Origin: a virus
Lineage: Duplodnaviria > Heunggongvirae > Uroviricota > Caudoviricetes
Direction: 5' to 3' (one strand)
Virus record (IMG/VR): IMGVR_UViG_3300024268_000010
Length of the DNA stretch: 64,000 nt
This document shows positions 62,097 through 64,000 of the stretch, in pieces. Position 1 is the first letter of the stretch. The number at the start of each line of letters is the position of its first letter. The notes beneath the pieces were generated by a model. It worked only from the letters and a program-made list of their open reading frames with translations. It was not told the origin of the DNA and searched no databases. Position numbers and translations under genes: made by a program.

Positions 62097-62534
62097 TTAT
62101 CCCTCCAGTTCATTTAACCTTTTTTCAATCTCATTAAGTTGCTCTTCTGTGTCTCTGTCCTTGCAACTAATCGACCAATAAGTTGTACTTTGCCAGGTGG
62201 TATATTTGTAATACCATTTATTATCCTTTAACTTGTAAATGCAATCACTTCCTTGTATTTCTGTTACACCAAGCTGATTTGCCTTGTCTCGCAGTTCATT
62301 ATATTTTTGCAATTTCTGATTAAATTTAAGAATTCTCTTGGCTGCCGGAACACCACCCTTCTTGCTTTCTTGCTCAAACTCTGCACACACGGTTTCGCGT
62401 GTAATATAACAACAGTGCTTATAGCACCATCTTTCAGTCTTAGCGACATCATAATGAGCCGCATGTTGTTCTGGTCTTTTAGGCTTATTTGAGTGCACAC
62501 AATTACCACAACAATTTGCAAATGTTAAATTCAT
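62097..62534 (-). CDS. Cys-rich hypothetical protein
   Basis: 145 aa; CCGNC...C..HCC cluster at the N-terminus. Confidence 0.4.
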   Translation of the reverse strand: MNLTFANCCGNCVHSNKPKRPEQHAAHYDVAKTERWCYKHCCYITRETVCAEFEQESKKGGVPAAKRILKFNQKLQKYNELRDKANQLGVTEIQGSDCIYKLKDNKWYYKYTTWQSTTYWSISCKDRDTEEQLNEIEKRLNELEG

Positions 62535-62737
62535 TCTTGTACCTCAACTTCCTCATAAACAAGTCTTGGATAAACATCATGTAAATCAACCATTTTCTTA
62601 CACTTGTTGCATGTATGATAATACATAGTAGGATATATAGCAACGCTAAAACCGCTACCGTTATACTTAAACTCGCCACCACATTCACAATACATATGTT
62701 CGGTATATACTTTTGTTTCTACTCGTTTCGTTTTCAT
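62531..62737 (-). CDS. small zinc-ribbon protein
   Basis: CEC...C..C pairs; 68 aa. Confidence 0.4.
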   Translation of the reverse strand: MKTKRVETKVYTEHMYCECGGEFKYNGSGFSVAIYPTMYYHTCNKCKKMVDLHDVYPRLVYEEVEVQE

Positions 62738-62784
62738 TTCGTTTCCTCCTAAAAATTTCGTATAAATTTCGTATTTATTGCGTT

Positions 62785-63810
62785 TTACTTTATTCTATAT
62801 ATATGATTCCGAACAAGACGCACCCATTTGTTTACATCATCACTCGGACTCTCTTTTTCGTTCAAAATATTGTCTTTGTCGAGAATTGCATACACTGGCA
62901 CACCGTCCACAAATCTTGCAGCAATCTCTTTTAATTGATCTTCTTGAATATCTTTATCATACGCAAAAACTATTTGCACCCCCATACGAGTTAGCATATT
63001 GATTTGATATTTTGATATTTTGGAACCACCAGTAGCCACTCCATAATACCCCATATCATATAACTGCATAACACCTTTTTCGCTCTCAGTAACATACACC
63101 TTGCCATGCTCCAAAATCATATTCAAGTTTTTATCAAGACCGTACAAAATTTTTCCCTTGTTGCAATTAAAAAGATATAAATATTTGTTCTGCCACTCTT
63201 CAATTTCTTCTTGAAACAGACGTCCTTTTACGCCTACTAAATCTGCGATTTCAGAGTATATTGGTATGGTCAGTCTATTCGTCTGTGGATCATATCCAAC
63301 CTCAAAAAATCGCTGAGTACTTAGTGAAATTCCATCCCTTTCGAAGAGAATATTGCCAACTGGAAGATAATAATTAAGCACTTGTGGGTTCAGTGGTTTT
63401 AATGGTGAACTGTCTTGCTCTTCTGCAACACACTCTTTGTTCATATCATTTATGCATTGCAAAATCTGCAAACTTTCCGGCACTTCTTCATCTGTGTGAT
63501 AATAATCCAAGCCACACAAGTCACAAAGCCATTTAATCGCTTCAAAAAAAGAACATTCAATAATATAACTTACCAAATCATATAAATCCGTACTTCTTGT
63601 TTGCCCTTTTGGGAGTATTTGCCTTGTGTAATTTATGGTAGTTAAATTATCATTAAGATAAACACAAATTGCTGTTGCATTATCACCATCTGGGTTGGCT
63701 GCTTGCACCATATCACTACGAATTTTAATATGATGACAACCAAGTTCTTCCAAAACATTAGGGACTAAATTGTTGTCCAAAATGTGCCCTTTTAACTTTT
63801 GTGCGTCCAA
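62785..63810 (-). CDS. DnaG-like DNA primase (zinc-binding domain + TOPRIM)
   Basis: N-terminal CHH...C zinc motif; TOPRIM VYVTESEKGVMQLYDMGYYGVATGG...DKD; RBS aaggaggga. Confidence 0.65.
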   Translation of the reverse strand: MDAQKLKGHILDNNLVPNVLEELGCHHIKIRSDMVQAANPDGDNATAICVYLNDNLTTINYTRQILPKGQTRSTDLYDLVSYIIECSFFEAIKWLCDLCGLDYYHTDEEVPESLQILQCINDMNKECVAEEQDSSPLKPLNPQVLNYYLPVGNILFERDGISLSTQRFFEVGYDPQTNRLTIPIYSEIADLVGVKGRLFQEEIEEWQNKYLYLFNCNKGKILYGLDKNLNMILEHGKVYVTESEKGVMQLYDMGYYGVATGGSKISKYQINMLTRMGVQIVFAYDKDIQEDQLKEIAARFVDGVPVYAILDKDNILNEKESPSDDVNKWVRLVRNHIYRIK

Positions 63811-63834
63811 TTTAATCCCTCCTTTTTATATTAT

Positions 63835-64000
63835 GCTTTTTTAAATTTGTTAACATTTCTACTGCTTTTTACAATCAGTTCTCCGTTGATTTGATTCCAT
63901 ACATTGGTATCAAGATTGGTTTCCATTACAAAAATAGAACCCTTGTTACCTCGTCTGTTCTTTAAAATTTTTAAGCCAGTGTATTGCTTTTTAGGATCAA
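63835..64000 (-). CDS. C-terminal fragment of a gene that continues beyond the window
   Basis: Open frame ...NLDTNVWNQINGELIVKSSRNVNKFKKA, with a stop at about 63835. Confidence 0.3.

Noticed and set aside
1-64000. CRISPR array search
   Set aside because: The only direct repeats are 6-10 bp iterons at 10-11 bp phasing (13873-13898, 26642-26662, 54383-54410, 54830-54850). None shows the 25-40 bp repeat/spacer periodicity of a CRISPR array.

Overview
The window looks like a large, AT-rich phage or plasmid-prophage genome of a Firmicutes (Clostridium-like) host. Bases 1-13.6 kb on the + strand hold a siphovirus-type tail module (tape-measure C-terminus, Dit, Tal, two fibre proteins) and a holin-like gene. 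A compact divergent control region at 13.6-13.9 kb contains a ribbon-helix-helix gene, an inverted-repeat operator and AAATGA iterons. It drives a TubR-like winged-helix gene and a tubulin/FtsZ-like GTPase (a TubZ/PhuZ-type partition cassette). Everything from 15.25 kb to the end is on the - strand. It includes a large serine recombinase; nucleotide-metabolism genes (dUTPase, NrdD, NrdG, NrdH-like, guanylate-kinase-like, ThyX-like); a C5 cytosine methyltransferase split by an HNH-containing intervening sequence; and an NAD-dependent ligase. A long accessory island at 28.9-47.4 kb carries NAD salvage (PncA-like, PncB), an SPFH protein, three TerD paralogues, a P-type Ca2+-type ATPase, two Pol-beta nucleotidyltransferases flanking a kinase-HD protein, a WGR-PARP, a macro domain, a PurA-family enzyme, vWA proteins and a tRNA-binding RNA ligase. 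An amidase endolysin follows. A tRNA cluster of at least 8 canonical tRNAs also has three over-long tRNA-like genes, several acceptor-less tRNA-like fragments and an unexplained 1.1-kb GC-rich segment without ORFs. The last 10 kb hold the replisome genes (DnaE-type Pol III alpha, Dda/RecD-like helicase, RecJ-like exonuclease, DnaG-like primase). The most striking sequence-level signal is a stereotyped - strand promoter architecture. It consists of AATTGTAAA(C/T) upstream boxes, TTGACA, a 16-17 nt spacer, TATAAT, and a highly conserved leader ACA(A/G)AATGATT(G/A). The leader recurs at least 15 times at transcription-unit and gene boundaries, including upstream of the tRNA clusters.
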